From: Escherichia coli
GTDB lineage: Bacteria; Pseudomonadota; Gammaproteobacteria; Enterobacterales; Enterobacteriaceae
NCBI RefSeq assembly: GCF_037565025.1
Contig: NZ_CP148423.1
DNA: 32,000 nt
Direction: 5' to 3' (one strand)
Part shown: in pieces, positions 1 to 18,946 of the stretch
Numbering within the stretch: the stretch's first letter is position 1
Layout of the letters: each line of letters starts with the position of its first letter
Made by a program: the position numbers and the translations under genes
The notes under the pieces: model-generated
Database searches by the model: none
What the model saw: only the letters and a program-made list of their open reading frames with translations
What the model was told of the DNA's origin: nothing

Positions 1-3000
1 ATCATTACAATGTCCAATGAGTTAGGCAACAATAGATTAAAACACTCACAGTTAGAAAGCCTAGAATTGAAGGACCCTGTACTAACTGAAGGAATATTAT
101 ACCAGCATCGAATATCATCTATTCTAATAACAACAGAATATCACTCACTCGCGTTACAACAAGTATCTTCTTTTTGGAGAGTAACCAATCCTAATTTTGG
201 GCATTGTGACTTCCATTCCTTAGCACAGGCTTTAACGTTTATAAAAAATATAACGAGCAATGGTAAATTTTCATCTTTATATGGAAGTGGTATTGTTAAA
301 ATTCACTTTAGTGAGTCTCCTAATAATTGGAAGTATATTAAACTCCCTCTTATCCAGAACGAATCTTTGTCAAGGGATATATATTTGACAACTCCAGAGA
401 AATTATCCGCAACTGGAGATTCATTAAATATTATGGGACATTTAGTGCCTGTCAGTTTTATTTATGACATTGGAGGGGTCATTAATGGCAACAGAATAAG
501 TGAAAGCACAGCCATAAAAAATAAAATCAAAAGTCTGAAAATAAATGGGGATATTTTACAACATTATATAAACACGCATTATTTGTCAGAGGCGCAAACT
601 CAGAAGATAAAAGATATTGTGGATTTTTTAGGCATTCAGGACAACACAAAAAGAGTTAAGATTGAAAGTGATATTAAACATATAAGTGAAGTTCAACAGC
701 CCCTTCATTCTATTATTTCACGGCAGAAAGAACATGTAAAAAACTTACTATCTGGATTACTTAATGAGTTTTCAAATAAGTTAAGACAGCAAGGCCTTTC
801 ACTTAAAACAAATGTTCTTTCAGTTAATAACTTCAAAGAATCAAAGATAAATAGTGATACTGTGGAAGTTACAGTAACTGATTTGCAAGGGAGACTTTAT
901 AGTGTTGATATAGATACAAGAGTTATTGGCTTAACTTTTAAAGAGGGGATAAATAGTTTATCTGAAGCACTCGAGCACATGAATATAGATGCAATTATGT
1001 CTGTTATTGGCTTGGTTCAATATGCACGAATGATAAAAACAAATGACAATATTAGCGCAATAAATTATGCAGGAGCAGTGTCAGATATTAAAAACATTGT
1101 AGACAAATTTTTAGGCGGAATTTTAACCTTTACTAATAATCGCGTATATAACCCAGGTGGTATATCTGGTGCCTCGCTTGAAGGATTTATATCTTCTGGT
1201 TTAGAAGTGTGCGCGTCAAGAATAGGTGGCACCGCTGGGCGTTATCTTAGCAATGTGGCAAAAGTAATAAAATTACCTTTGCTAGATATAGGCATAAATA
1301 TTTGGTCATTATATGACTCTTCATTAAATCATGCCAGAGCAACCACACAAATTGAATATATATCAACAGCTATAGATGTATCTTTCTCATCTATAAATAC
1401 TGCTTTATCAATAGGCGCAATCGCATATCCTCCTTTGGCAATAGCTATAGTTCCGATAACTATTTTTTCTCATGAAGTAAAAAACTATGCTGTTTATGTG
1501 AATCAAATTAATGAGCGACATAAGTTATGGCTTGAAGCTGAAAAATATCTGGACAATGGAAGCGCAAAGGTTCTAAGCATTAACAAAGATACAGGTATAA
1601 TCGATTTATCAAATAATCAGGTGTTAGGTAATATTTATTTAGATATGAGAGAAAACCCTCCGATATTATATGGTGAAAAATCATATAATAGCGGGAAGAA
1701 TATTGGAAGTCATCCAGATATGACTGACAGAGAAATTATGGAGTCTAGAGCATACAATTTTGCATGTACAAAACTCTCAGATGCAGGTGAACCCGATATT
1801 TTCGGTTGGGGAGATAAGGATGTATGTAATTCAATGGAACTGTCTGAATCTCAATTAGCTAATGGGTATTCTAACCGCCAATGGCCTTCACAAAATCCAG
1901 TTATTCCAGAAGGGATTTATAATACAGTATATCTTGGGTATGGAGAAACATTACGAGCTAATACAGAAGTTACATTGAGTAGCACTGGTTACTTTTACGA
2001 GATTGCAAGGGCATATACTGATGATGAAATATCTGAGCCATTATTAACAGTATGTAACCAACGTAGTAGTGTAATTGGTGGAAAAGAACCATTAACAATA
2101 ATCATTCCTGCTGTTGAACATGGTATGCTTGGCTCTAATCTACATATGATTGAACGTTTTAAAAACTACAATTTTTCAATATCAGGAGGGACGGGCGGGA
2201 TAAAATTAATGGTTGGTGGTATTGGTGATTACAACATAGAATGTACCCCCGGTGTTAGAAATATTATTTCTTTTGAACAATTATCACGTGACTTCAATCT
2301 GGATTTGGATTTATCAGATGAGAGGAAACAAATTTTTAACTTTCATCATCCCTCTGGTTTTTATTCAGGAAAAGTTATGAGCATAACGCAAAAGGGTATA
2401 AATTCGGTTGTTGGTACTAAACTGGGATATGATAAGATTCGTGGTAATAATCTAGATAATACATTTTCCCTTGGAAATGGGGGGGCGTTATATATTCTGG
2501 AGGAGGAAGCAATACATATTTTGTACCTGCTACACTACAGGATAATTTGCATATATATATATCAGAAAAATCAAATGGCAACCATATTATTTTAGGTGAG
2601 ACGCACTCTCGCTTATCTATTGAATGCCACTTCAGTGATGATAAAAGAGAGTTTATAAAGATGGACTTATATAATGGAGGTGATGTGATTTTAGAAAGTG
2701 ACACTTTACAAAAAATAAATACATTTTCAAAAAATATAACAATACAGACAGCGGATGGAGTTATGGCAAACTGGGATGATGAACTAAGTACTCTATCTGT
2801 TTATTCAATAGATATGATTGCCTGGAAGGATAAAAATAAAACTGAAAAAGAGCCTTTACCACTTGATGTAATTCAGTTAACTAATTGGGGGATACATAAT
2901 TCATGCTCTTTATTTTATGATAAATATCAAGTTGACATTGAAGCCAATAAATTAACATATACAATTTTATTTCCTGATACGGAGTTACCTGTTCAACTTA

Positions 3001-5033
3001 ATTATGCTAGTGTTATTTATGGTAATCATGGGGCAAAATATACCTTCCTCGACTCAGGAAGTAAAACTATAACCATTCACATTACTGATGAAAGTAGCGA
3101 TTATGATACTTTTGACTTCCGCAATATTGTTTTTGAACATCACACCAATGACATGTTTATAAGCTTTGATAATCAAGGAGGATTTGTTATATCAATATCA
3201 AATAATACTACAAATGAACTGGCAGACATTAATGTGTTCCGAAAAAACATGACTTCTTTTGATAGCTGTCGTTCATTGATATATTTGCCTGGCGGTGATG
3301 TTTTCTATATTTCAGATATCTATAAAATGTCCATAGGTAGAAAACCGGTTAAATTAAATGTAGAAAAGAAACCGGACATTAACGATATCATCAATGTAGC
3401 TATTTTAGAAACTTCTTATCTGCAAATAAAAAAAATCCCAAATAATGATGATAGCGGTTATGTTTTATGTCTAGACAACCCTAACCTCTCATCTTACATA
3501 TTACACTTTAATGACTTATCTGGATATATATCAAATATATGGGATAATATTAGAGGCGGCTTTACTCCTTTTCATAATAATACTTTAAATATCGCCCCTA
3601 ATGAAAAAAAATTTATTTCCCTAATAGAGCCAGATAAGTTGTCATTCAATATTGATGTTTTTAGAGAAGCATTAGAGGTAAAAAATAAAAATAGTTATAA
3701 GTTAAGTAAATTTACATGGGAAACGTATGGTGATATCGTAGTATCACCTGAAGATAGAATTTCTCATCTGGAATTAGATGGATTTAATTATTTTTCACAA
3801 CCCGAGTTAGATGCTACAATATCAGACTCATTTTCATATCTATATGATAATTTTCAGATTGTTGATGGTGATGTTCATATTAAGCTTCTTCATCTCAACA
3901 GAGAAACAAAGCAAATAATACCACATCGTATTATCCTTCAAAAATACTTTATAGATTCATTTGCTAAAGCAAGTATCTCTGACAGAGAAAATAATATATA
4001 TCCTGTTATTTGTGATTCTCCTGATCACTTCACAAATGATATATATAGGCATCCATTTAGGATAGTTCTCGGGAATAAAATATTGTATCCATCAGAAGAA
4101 CTTGTAAAGTTTATAAGAACCTCAAAGGAATATTTAAGCAATATGGATGTGGTTAATAATGTTATTGTGCCACAAAAAACAATAAAGAAAAACAAATTAT
4201 CTGTCATTAGTTTAAATAGCAACATCAAAAATGATATTGTATTGTCCGGAGTAATGACAGGAACATCAAAGATTTTTCATCTAAATAATTCTGGCGACTT
4301 ATTGTTAACAACCTCAAAAGCTCATGGGGGCGGGATTATAGTTATTTTTAAAGATTTTGTAAATGACTGGTGGAAATATAACCTTACTTTGATAACAGTT
4401 CCTCTTGATAACAAACTGGCAGATAATAGAATAAATATAACACCAATGGGGATAAAGATACATGAAATAGTCAATGGGAATGATAAGTTGTTTTTTTATC
4501 CTACTTTATTAAAAAATGGAGGTTTTATCTTACATAATCCACTTTACTCTAATTCATTTCCTTCTTCATATTCACATGATTTATTTGGTTTGGTTGAAGC
4601 ATATAGAAATCCAGCGTATTCGTATTTACAGAATAGTATTATCAATAGATATATATATACTGTTTCTGAGCATAATGGAAAAGACGGTGTAGCTCAGATG
4701 TCATTACCTATATATGCATACTCAACATGTCGTTTTTGGACAAAAGAAAGTGTAGCTGTTGGAGATATAATAAATTTATCTAATTATGAAAATATTGAGT
4801 TTAGCTTTAATTCTTTTAGTAAAGATGTCTATCGTGAACAAAATAGTGATATATATAAAATATTTTTTAAAATTGCGTCTTTGAATAATTCGGTTGTTGT
4901 GAGCGAAAATATTCGCATTCAAAAAAATTTCTTGGAACACAATACATTTTTCAGTATTACCGGTATAGATGAGTCTCTCTATGAAAAGTATATAATCTTT
5001 ATCACTCTTAAGGCAATTGCCCCCCATAAGTAG
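1..5033 (+). pseudogene. Giant toxin gene, 3' portion, resembling large clostridial toxins / lymphostatin (LifA/Efa1/ToxB); split by a frameshift; 5' end lies outside the window
   Basis: Frame 1 is open from base 1 to 2595. Frame 3 is open from about 2478 to the TAG at 5031-5033. The two frames overlap at a G7 run. The region is visibly AT-rich compared with the flanks. A long hydrophobic segment (GAIAYPPLAIAIVPITIF) is followed by IIDLSNNQVLGNIYLDMRE, which resembles my recollection of the TcdB delivery-domain stretch [23 protein letters not shown]. The family call is tentative. Confidence 0.6.
2479..2485 (+). repeat. G7 homopolymer at the frameshift point of the toxin gene
   Basis: Read directly from ...ggaaatGGGGGGGcgtta.... 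With G8 (or G5) the reading becomes FSLGNGGGVIYSGGGSNTYFVPATLQDNLHIYISEKSNG, which joins the two long ORFs into one. Confidence 0.9.
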
Positions 5034-5376
5034 CGCTGATTTCCTGTATGCGGAAAAAACGCAATTGAAGAACGCGAGGCATCGTCTTAACGAGGCACCG
5101 AGGCGTCGCATTCTTCAGATGGTTCAACCCTTAAGTTAGCGCTTATGGGTGTATCCCCGCCGAAGCGCTGAGGGCTCCCCATAAATCAGCGCTAATAAAC
5201 CAACACCATATTCTGGTAGGTTTTGGCGAGATGATTAAGAACCGTGCTCAGCACTGTTCGCCCTAAAATTAGCGGGGAGTGTCGTAAGACATTCTCCGCT
5301 AATGTCAGATACGAGATTACCCGCCGTGTTTTAATGCTGTTGGCCTGATATCTCAGATGTAATCCTTTGTTTTCAA

Positions 5377-6585
5377 GTAAGCGGCTCGTCAGAACCGTAT
5401 TGATATTTACTGAGAGCTCAGATCAACTTTCCAGGGCAACAGATCGCGTACCCGGTTTGCCGGCCAGTCCTGGATATGTTCAATGACGTAACGCAGCCAC
5501 TTTTCTGGCTCCACATTGTTCAGACGGCATGTGCCGATCAGCGAGTACAACACCGCCGCATGTTCACCACCGCTGTCGGAACCCGCGAACATCCAGTTTT
5601 TCCGGCCTACGGCCACTCCCCGTAAGGCGTTCTCTGCGATGTTGTTGTCGATTTCCACCCAGCCATTACTGCAGTACACGTTCAGTGCATCCCACTGTTT
5701 CAGCAGGTATGCGAACGCTTTTGCCGTATCTGAGTGACGCGACAGTGTTTTCATCTGTTGCTGTATCCAGTCATACAGTGACTGCATCAGTGGCGCGGCT
5801 CTGGCTTTTCTTGCCGCCAGACGCTGTTCTGCTGAACAGCCCCGGACCTCTGCCTCGATGGCATACAGTTCACCGATACGCTGCAGGGCTTCCGTGGTGA
5901 TGTCGGTGGGCGCTCTTGCATGCACATCGTGGATTTTTCTCCGGGCATGAGCCATACACGCGGCTTCCGTTATTCTGCCGGATTCGTATAACGCCCGGTA
6001 ACCACCGTAAGCATCGGCCTGAAGCACACCGCTGTAACCGGCCAGATGATTTTGTGGATGGATACCTTTCCGGTCCGGTGAGTACGCGAACCAGACCGCC
6101 GGGGGCATCTGTGAACCGGCGTTACGGTCATCACGGACGTAGACCCACAGCCGGGCTGTCCGGGTTTTACCGCTGCCCGGCTCCTGGACCGGGACGGGGA
6201 TATCATCGGCATGGACTTTACCGGGCATCAGCACATACTGGCGCAGGACGTCATACAACGGCTCCAGCAGTTCAGCAACAGCACCTGTCCAGCGCCCCAG
6301 TGTGGCACGGCTCAGCTCCACTCCCTGACGACGGTATATTTCTGACTGGCGGTATAACGGCAGATGGTCTGCATATTTTCCGGTGACAACATGGGCCAGA
6401 AGCCCCGCTCCGGCATAACTGCGTGCAATGGGTTTTGAAGGTACTGGTGCCTGCACGATATGGTCGCACCGGCAACAGGCCAGTTTCGGACGTTGTGTTT
6501 CGATAACCTTAAAGGCGCTGCTGATAAGCTCCAGTTGCTCTGACACATCACATCCCAGAGAACTGAGTTCACCACCACAGGCAGG
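5377..6585 (-). mobile_element. IS66-family element remnant: right end plus the 3' part of tnpC
   Basis: A terminal GTAAGCGGCTCG at 5377 matches the typical IS66-family inverted-repeat start GTAAGCG. The transposase ORF is cut at 6585/6586 by the IS911-like left end. The tnpA and tnpB parts are absent. Confidence 0.75.
5407..6585 (-). pseudogene. tnpC: IS66-family transposase TnpC, N-terminally truncated
   Basis: The 379-aa ORF in the track stays in frame upstream to 6585 ([21 protein letters not shown], a zinc-finger-like motif). It contains [18 protein letters not shown] and a C-terminal [23 protein letters not shown], all typical of IS66 TnpC. There is no plausible native start. Confidence 0.85.
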
Positions 6586-6657
6586 TGTAGTGGCACACTG
6601 AATTTGGCCACCTGAACAGAGGTGATATGCTCACCTCAGAACAACACAGGTGCTCCA

Positions 6658-11218
<4,561 letters not shown>

Positions 11219-11344
11219 TATCTGCTCCGTAATTTTTGCGTTATGAAGTCATCGTAAGTCCACAACTAAACTTTGGCAACTGACTGATACATCGGTAAGT
11301 TCCTGAAAGAGAGGAACTCATGAACTTAAGAACAAACCCACCAT

Positions 11345-11372
11345 ATTTAACATAATATACATTATGCGCACT
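11345..11372 (-). other. dif: dif (XerC/XerD chromosome dimer resolution site), 27/28 match to the E. coli consensus; left junction of the prophage array
   Basis: The plus strand reads ATTTAACATAA-TATACA-TTATGCGCACt, the reverse complement of GGTGCGCATAA-TGTATA-TTATGTTAAAT. Only the outermost XerC-arm base differs (T at 11372). Phage sequence continues directly after it. Confidence 0.9.
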
Positions 11373-11449
11373 GCAATAAAATGCGGTAAAAACAGACTGA
11401 AAGCGACACCGACCGTGTCCTGATCTGATAATCCCACCTCAGACGGCAC

Positions 11450-12703
<1,254 letters not shown>

Positions 12704-12719
12704 TTATGTCTGTTCCGTT

Positions 12720-12781
12720 CTCTTCCGCTTCCTCGTTTATTCGCTCACTACGTTCGGTCATAAACCTGCGGCGAGCGGTAT
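12720..12781 (-). other. ColE1/pBR322 origin-flank-like segment; candidate single-strand initiation (PriA primosome assembly) signal or complementary-strand origin
   Basis: In the 109-nt pI-pIV intergenic region the plus strand reads CTCTTCCGCTTCCTCG...CGCTCACT..GTTCGG...CTGCGGCGAGCGGTAT. The two 16-mers are identical to, and in the same order as, the pUC/pBR322 sequence CTCTTCCGCTTCCTCGCTCACTGACTCGCTGCGCTCGGTCGTTCGGCTGCGGCGAGCGGTAT as I remember it. Confidence 0.45.
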
Positions 12782-12791
12782 TTGCTCTCTC

Positions 12792-14003
<1,212 letters not shown>

Positions 14004-14012
14004 TAACCAACC

Positions 14013-14358
14013 TTATTTAACGAGTGTGACAATATAACGATAAATCTTGTCTTTCATATTAAAAAGAAAAGACGTAAGCTCAGCCATTAATACAATGTTT
14101 GCGCACGATGAAATGTTGCCAGGCAAATAACTGAAACCAGCGGCAATAAACTTATTAGACAAGGCAGAAAACGACACGCTATTAATGATTTCATTTGCAG
14201 TAGCAATAAAGGCAGAGCATAACGCAATTGAAAATATAAGATAAGCAGCACTCCCTGAACAGGAAGACAAAAAGGGAAAAAAGTTTCTTAAGAAAAGGAA
14301 GAAACCTGCGCATTAAAACAAGAATAAATGAGAAAACAAACTGAACAAGAACAGTCAT
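14013..14358 (-). pseudogene. Gene VI (minor coat/assembly protein pVI) homologue, interrupted by a 1-nt frame change at a T6C3T5 run (or requiring recoding)
   Basis: The ATG at 14358 has a GGAG Shine-Dalgarno and lies 3 nt after the pIII stop. It reads MTVLVQFVFSFILVLMRRFLPFLKK..., compare f1 pVI MPVLLG...LLTFLKKGFGK. The +1 frame (track ORF 14013-14270) ends LPGNISSCANIVLMAELTSFLFNMKDKIYRYI, compare f1 LPSNALPCFYVILSVKAAIFIFDVKQKIVSYL. The total span is 346 nt, which is 3n+1. Confidence 0.65.
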
Positions 14359-14360
14359 GA

Positions 14361-15698
14361 TTACAACTCCGAATTACGAAGCAAAGAGCGACGAAAAACA
14401 GAATAAACTCTCAACATGGTAAACAAATAAAGAGCATACTCAAAAATTGGTCTGATATCATAATCATACAATGATGAAAAATCAGTTGTATCAATTGAAA
14501 AAGGCACTTCCCCAATCACCGGAAGAGAAAACGAAAAGTTAACCTCAAGTGGTTGGGCGGAAACAGATGAACCTTGTCCAGAAGAAAAAAATAACTTATC
14601 AAAATCAATAAACAACCACTCCTTAGGCAACTTATCAATAAATACAGATGTCAGGGAATTGTAATCATCCGTTGAATCTTCATTATCCCCCTTGAGAAGA
14701 TCGGTCAGCTGGTTATCAAAAGTATTCAATGAGTTATTTAAATCATCCTGAGAAAGAGAAAAAAAACTATTCAGGTCATTCACTGAAGACCAAATCTTCT
14801 GTAACCAGCCAAGAATATCACCATGCCAGCCATCATTATCACCGGAATTGCTGCCGCCGGATGAGCCACCGGAAGAACCACCGCCGGATGAGCCACCGGA
14901 GGAACCGCCGCCAGATGAGCCACCGGAAGAACCGCCGCCGGATGAGCCACCGGAGGAACCGCCGCCAGATGAGCCACCGGAGGAACCGCCGCCAGATGAG
15001 CCACCGGAAGAACCGCCGCCGGATGAGCCACCGGAAGAACCGCCGCCGGATGAGCCACCGGAGGAACCGCCGCCAGATGAGCCACCGGAGGAACCACCAC
15101 CGGAAGAACCGCCGCCAGTATTACCGTTATCGCCTTTATCTTCTGTATCTTCTTTATCAGAATAAGACGGATCAACAGTTACAGGTTTCCATGTTGCGGA
15201 ACAGTGGGTTGAATCATCAGAACAAGAAATAACGTCACCAGTTGCCTCATAAATGCATCCATGAATGGTGACATATTTATTTCCTTTATCATCCATATAA
15301 ACATCTGACAAATTAGCATTAATCTCAGGACGGGATAAACAAACCTCTTCCGTGGGTTTAGCTGAAAACGAAGCACCTAAAAAACTTCCGTAATAACTGT
15401 CTTTACACTGAGAGTATACCTTAACACCATCTTCATAATGATACGCTTTATAAGTGCTCCAGTTACCTGTCACAAGAGAAGCTGACATTCCAGGTATTTG
15501 AGTACTACTACTATAAGAGGTGGAACAATAAAATGTATCACCAGAGCAGGTTTCATATCCGTATGTACAGTCAACCCCACCCGGAGAAGCGACTGCAAAA
15601 TAAGTACCCGATGTACTGCCAAGATGTTCTGTCGTTGAAGCTGCATATGCAGAATAAAATGAAAAAACAGCAACAAGAAAAATAAATATGTATGCCAA
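14361..15698 (-). CDS. pIII-like adsorption / minor coat protein
   Basis: The 445-aa ORF has a TTG start preceded by GGGGGTGAG and a hydrophobic leader (AYIFIFLVAVFSFYSAYA). A Cys-rich N-terminal domain and a long (GGGSSGGSS)n linker follow, then a C-terminal domain with a hydrophobic anchor (YALYLFTMLRVYSVF). This is the classic pIII architecture. Confidence 0.8.
   Translation of the reverse strand: MAYIFIFLVAVFSFYSAYAASTTEHLGSTSGTYFAVASPGGVDCTYGYETCSGDTFYCSTSYSSSTQIPGMSASLVTGNWSTYKAYHYEDGVKVYSQCKDSYYGSFLGASFSAKPTEEVCLSRPEINANLSDVYMDDKGNKYVTIHGCIYEATGDVISCSDDSTHCSATWKPVTVDPSYSDKEDTEDKGDNGNTGGGSSGGGSSGGSSGGGSSGGSSGGGSSGGSSGGGSSGGSSGGGSSGGSSGGGSSGGSSGGGSSGGSSGGGSSGGSSGGGSSGGSSGGSNSGDNDGWHGDILGWLQKIWSSVNDLNSFFSLSQDDLNNSLNTFDNQLTDLLKGDNEDSTDDYNSLTSVFIDKLPKEWLFIDFDKLFFSSGQGSSVSAQPLEVNFSFSLPVIGEVPFSIDTTDFSSLYDYDIRPIFEYALYLFTMLRVYSVFRRSLLRNSEL
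14851..15117 (-). repeat. 27-bp tandem repeat (about 9-10 units) encoding the Gly/Ser linker of pIII
   Basis: The unit gccgccggatgagccaccggaagaacc recurs with only synonymous-type variation (gga/gag, ccg/cca). It encodes GGGSSGGSS on the minus strand. Confidence 0.9.
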
Positions 15699-15718
15699 AA
15701 CTCACCCCCTGAACAAGC

Positions 15719-15742
15719 AAAAAAAGCGCCCCGAAGGGCGCT
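15719..15742 (-). terminator. Rho-independent terminator after the major coat gene
   Basis: The minus strand reads GCGCCC-TTCG-GGGCGC followed by TTTTTTT, 15 nt downstream of the coat gene stop. This is analogous to the terminator after gene VIII in Ff. Confidence 0.75.
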
Positions 15743-15757
15743 GTCATCAAATCATTA

Positions 15758-16018
<261 letters not shown>

Positions 16019-16025
16019 TTAAAGT

Positions 16026-16196
16026 TTAATTGACAACATCGCTGAACATCCGGCAAACCAGCGTAAATATAACGCCAAGGCCAAAACCAAGAAGCCAGCA
16101 GACAATCCAGACATACAGAACGGCCCAGTAAAGCTCCCCGTCCTGTACACCAGAATTTATTGCGGATAAAACACCGCTGAAATCGAATTCAGTCAT
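16026..16196 (-). CDS. Small hydrophobic protein (pIX/pVII-like minor coat candidate), 56 aa
   Basis: MTEFDFSGVLSAINSGVQDGELYWAVLYVWIVCWLLGFGLGVIFTLVCRMF. The ATG overlaps the upstream stop (ATGACTGA). The track gives a longer GTG-started version, 16026-16229. Confidence 0.45.
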   Translation of the reverse strand: MTEFDFSGVLSAINSGVQDGELYWAVLYVWIVCWLLGFGLGVIFTLVCRMFSDVVN

Positions 16197-16329
16197 AATA
16201 ACGCTGAACAGTAATGATTTGTGAGTCACAGGCGCGAATCAGTTTTATTCCAATGTCAAAACCTGAAGAAAATAAAATCATTGCAGGCGCAGCGAATAAA
16301 ACAAAGTTCAGAAAATCAGCGTCAGACAT
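16189..16329 (-). CDS. Small hydrophobic protein (pVII/pIX-like minor coat candidate), 46 aa
   Basis: MSDADFLNFVLFAAPAMILFSSGFDIGIKLIRA.... The ATG at 16329 lies 4 nt after the stop of the 141-aa ORF. The track version starts further upstream, inside the preceding gene. Confidence 0.45.
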   Translation of the reverse strand: MSDADFLNFVLFAAPAMILFSSGFDIGIKLIRACDSQIITVQRYYD

Positions 16330-16333
16330 ATCA

Positions 16334-16759
16334 TCAGCCTTTTTCTTTACCTGCGGGCAGTGCACCCAGTGGCTGACCGTCAAAACGTTTCATGGAGCCG
16401 GAAATAAAACGATACCAGACGCCATGACGTTCAGAGCCTGTCGACCATGAATTCACATCCACCGTGAGATAAACCGGTTTACCTTTCAGGTCAGGACATG
16501 AATTAAAAAATTTAAAATCCTCCTCAGTACAGGAAAAGCGCTCATGCTCCTCACGGCGGACTTTTAATTTACGGTCCTCATAGGGATAGCCAATAACAAT
16601 GGCATATTTGGGTTTGGCCTCAGGGTTATAATGAGAACCTGTGGGTTTTAACTCCTCATCATTTATAACAGTGACGTGAGTAAAATATCCCGCCATTGTC
16701 ATACCTGTCGCGAAACCTTCAGGTACAGGAAACGGAAAACTGTCGTAAAAATCACTCAT
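16334..16759 (-). CDS. 141-aa protein in the gene V position (candidate ssDNA-binding protein)
   Basis: The call rests on position only, immediately downstream of Rep as in Ff and CTXphi-like phages. It has a good Shine-Dalgarno (GAGGAG). I recognised no motif. Confidence 0.4.
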   Translation of the reverse strand: MSDFYDSFPFPVPEGFATGMTMAGYFTHVTVINDEELKPTGSHYNPEAKPKYAIVIGYPYEDRKLKVRREEHERFSCTEEDFKFFNSCPDLKGKPVYLTVDVNSWSTGSERHGVWYRFISGSMKRFDGQPLGALPAGKEKG

Positions 16760-16789
16760 AAATCAGACTCCTCAATGTTAAAAATTCAG

Positions 16790-18832
<2,043 letters not shown>

Positions 18833-18847
18833 TTACCGCATGCGCGC

Positions 18848-18877
18848 ATCATATTCTCATTTAAGGCATCATGTAAA
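18848..18877 (-). promoter_or_regulatory. Candidate sigma70 promoter for rep, bracketed by inverted CCGCATGCG 9-mers (18836-18844 and 18880-18888)
   Basis: The minus strand reads TTTACA-N18-TATGAT. The two 9-mers lie just outside the -10 and -35 elements, as operators would. Confidence 0.4.
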
Positions 18878-18946
18878 TACGCATGCGGCATACAGGCGTA
18901 AAAAAAATGGAATAATCAAATCCTGTTAAAAGGAAATAGGCAGAAA

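Noticed and set aside
2417-5111. Minus-strand ORFs of 67-111 aa inside the toxin gene (2417-2704, 4025-4228, 4776-5111)
   Set aside because: They are chance ORFs antisense to a long coding frame, and their composition is the antisense reading of the toxin gene.
5120-5200. A CCCTTAAGTTAGCGC motif and flanking inverted repeats that recall a retron msr/msd locus
   Set aside because: No reverse-transcriptase ORF lies downstream; only 230 nt remain before the IS66 end. The resemblance rests on a few bases only.
5516-6611. Multiple 60-160-aa ORFs on both strands inside the IS66 tnpC region (5516-5737, 5529-5900, 5916-6386, 5970-6212, 6272-6475, 6312-6611)
   Set aside because: They overlap a clearly homologous transposase frame. 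They are Arg/Pro/Cys-rich alternative-frame readings of GC-rich DNA.
14851-15117. Regular short repeats that might be taken for a CRISPR array
   Set aside because: The units are contiguous with no spacers, they are 27 bp long, and they lie in frame inside a coding sequence.
14729-15232. Long ORFs in other frames or on the other strand across the pIII linker: 167-aa HRRNRRQMS..., 105-aa PPDEPPEE... and 131-aa AAVPPVAH.... The same ORFs appear in copy 2 at 23061-23507.
   Set aside because: They are mirror or shifted readings of the 27-bp Gly/Ser repeat. Their periodic low-complexity translations and complete overlap with a well-supported pIII gene show they are artefacts.
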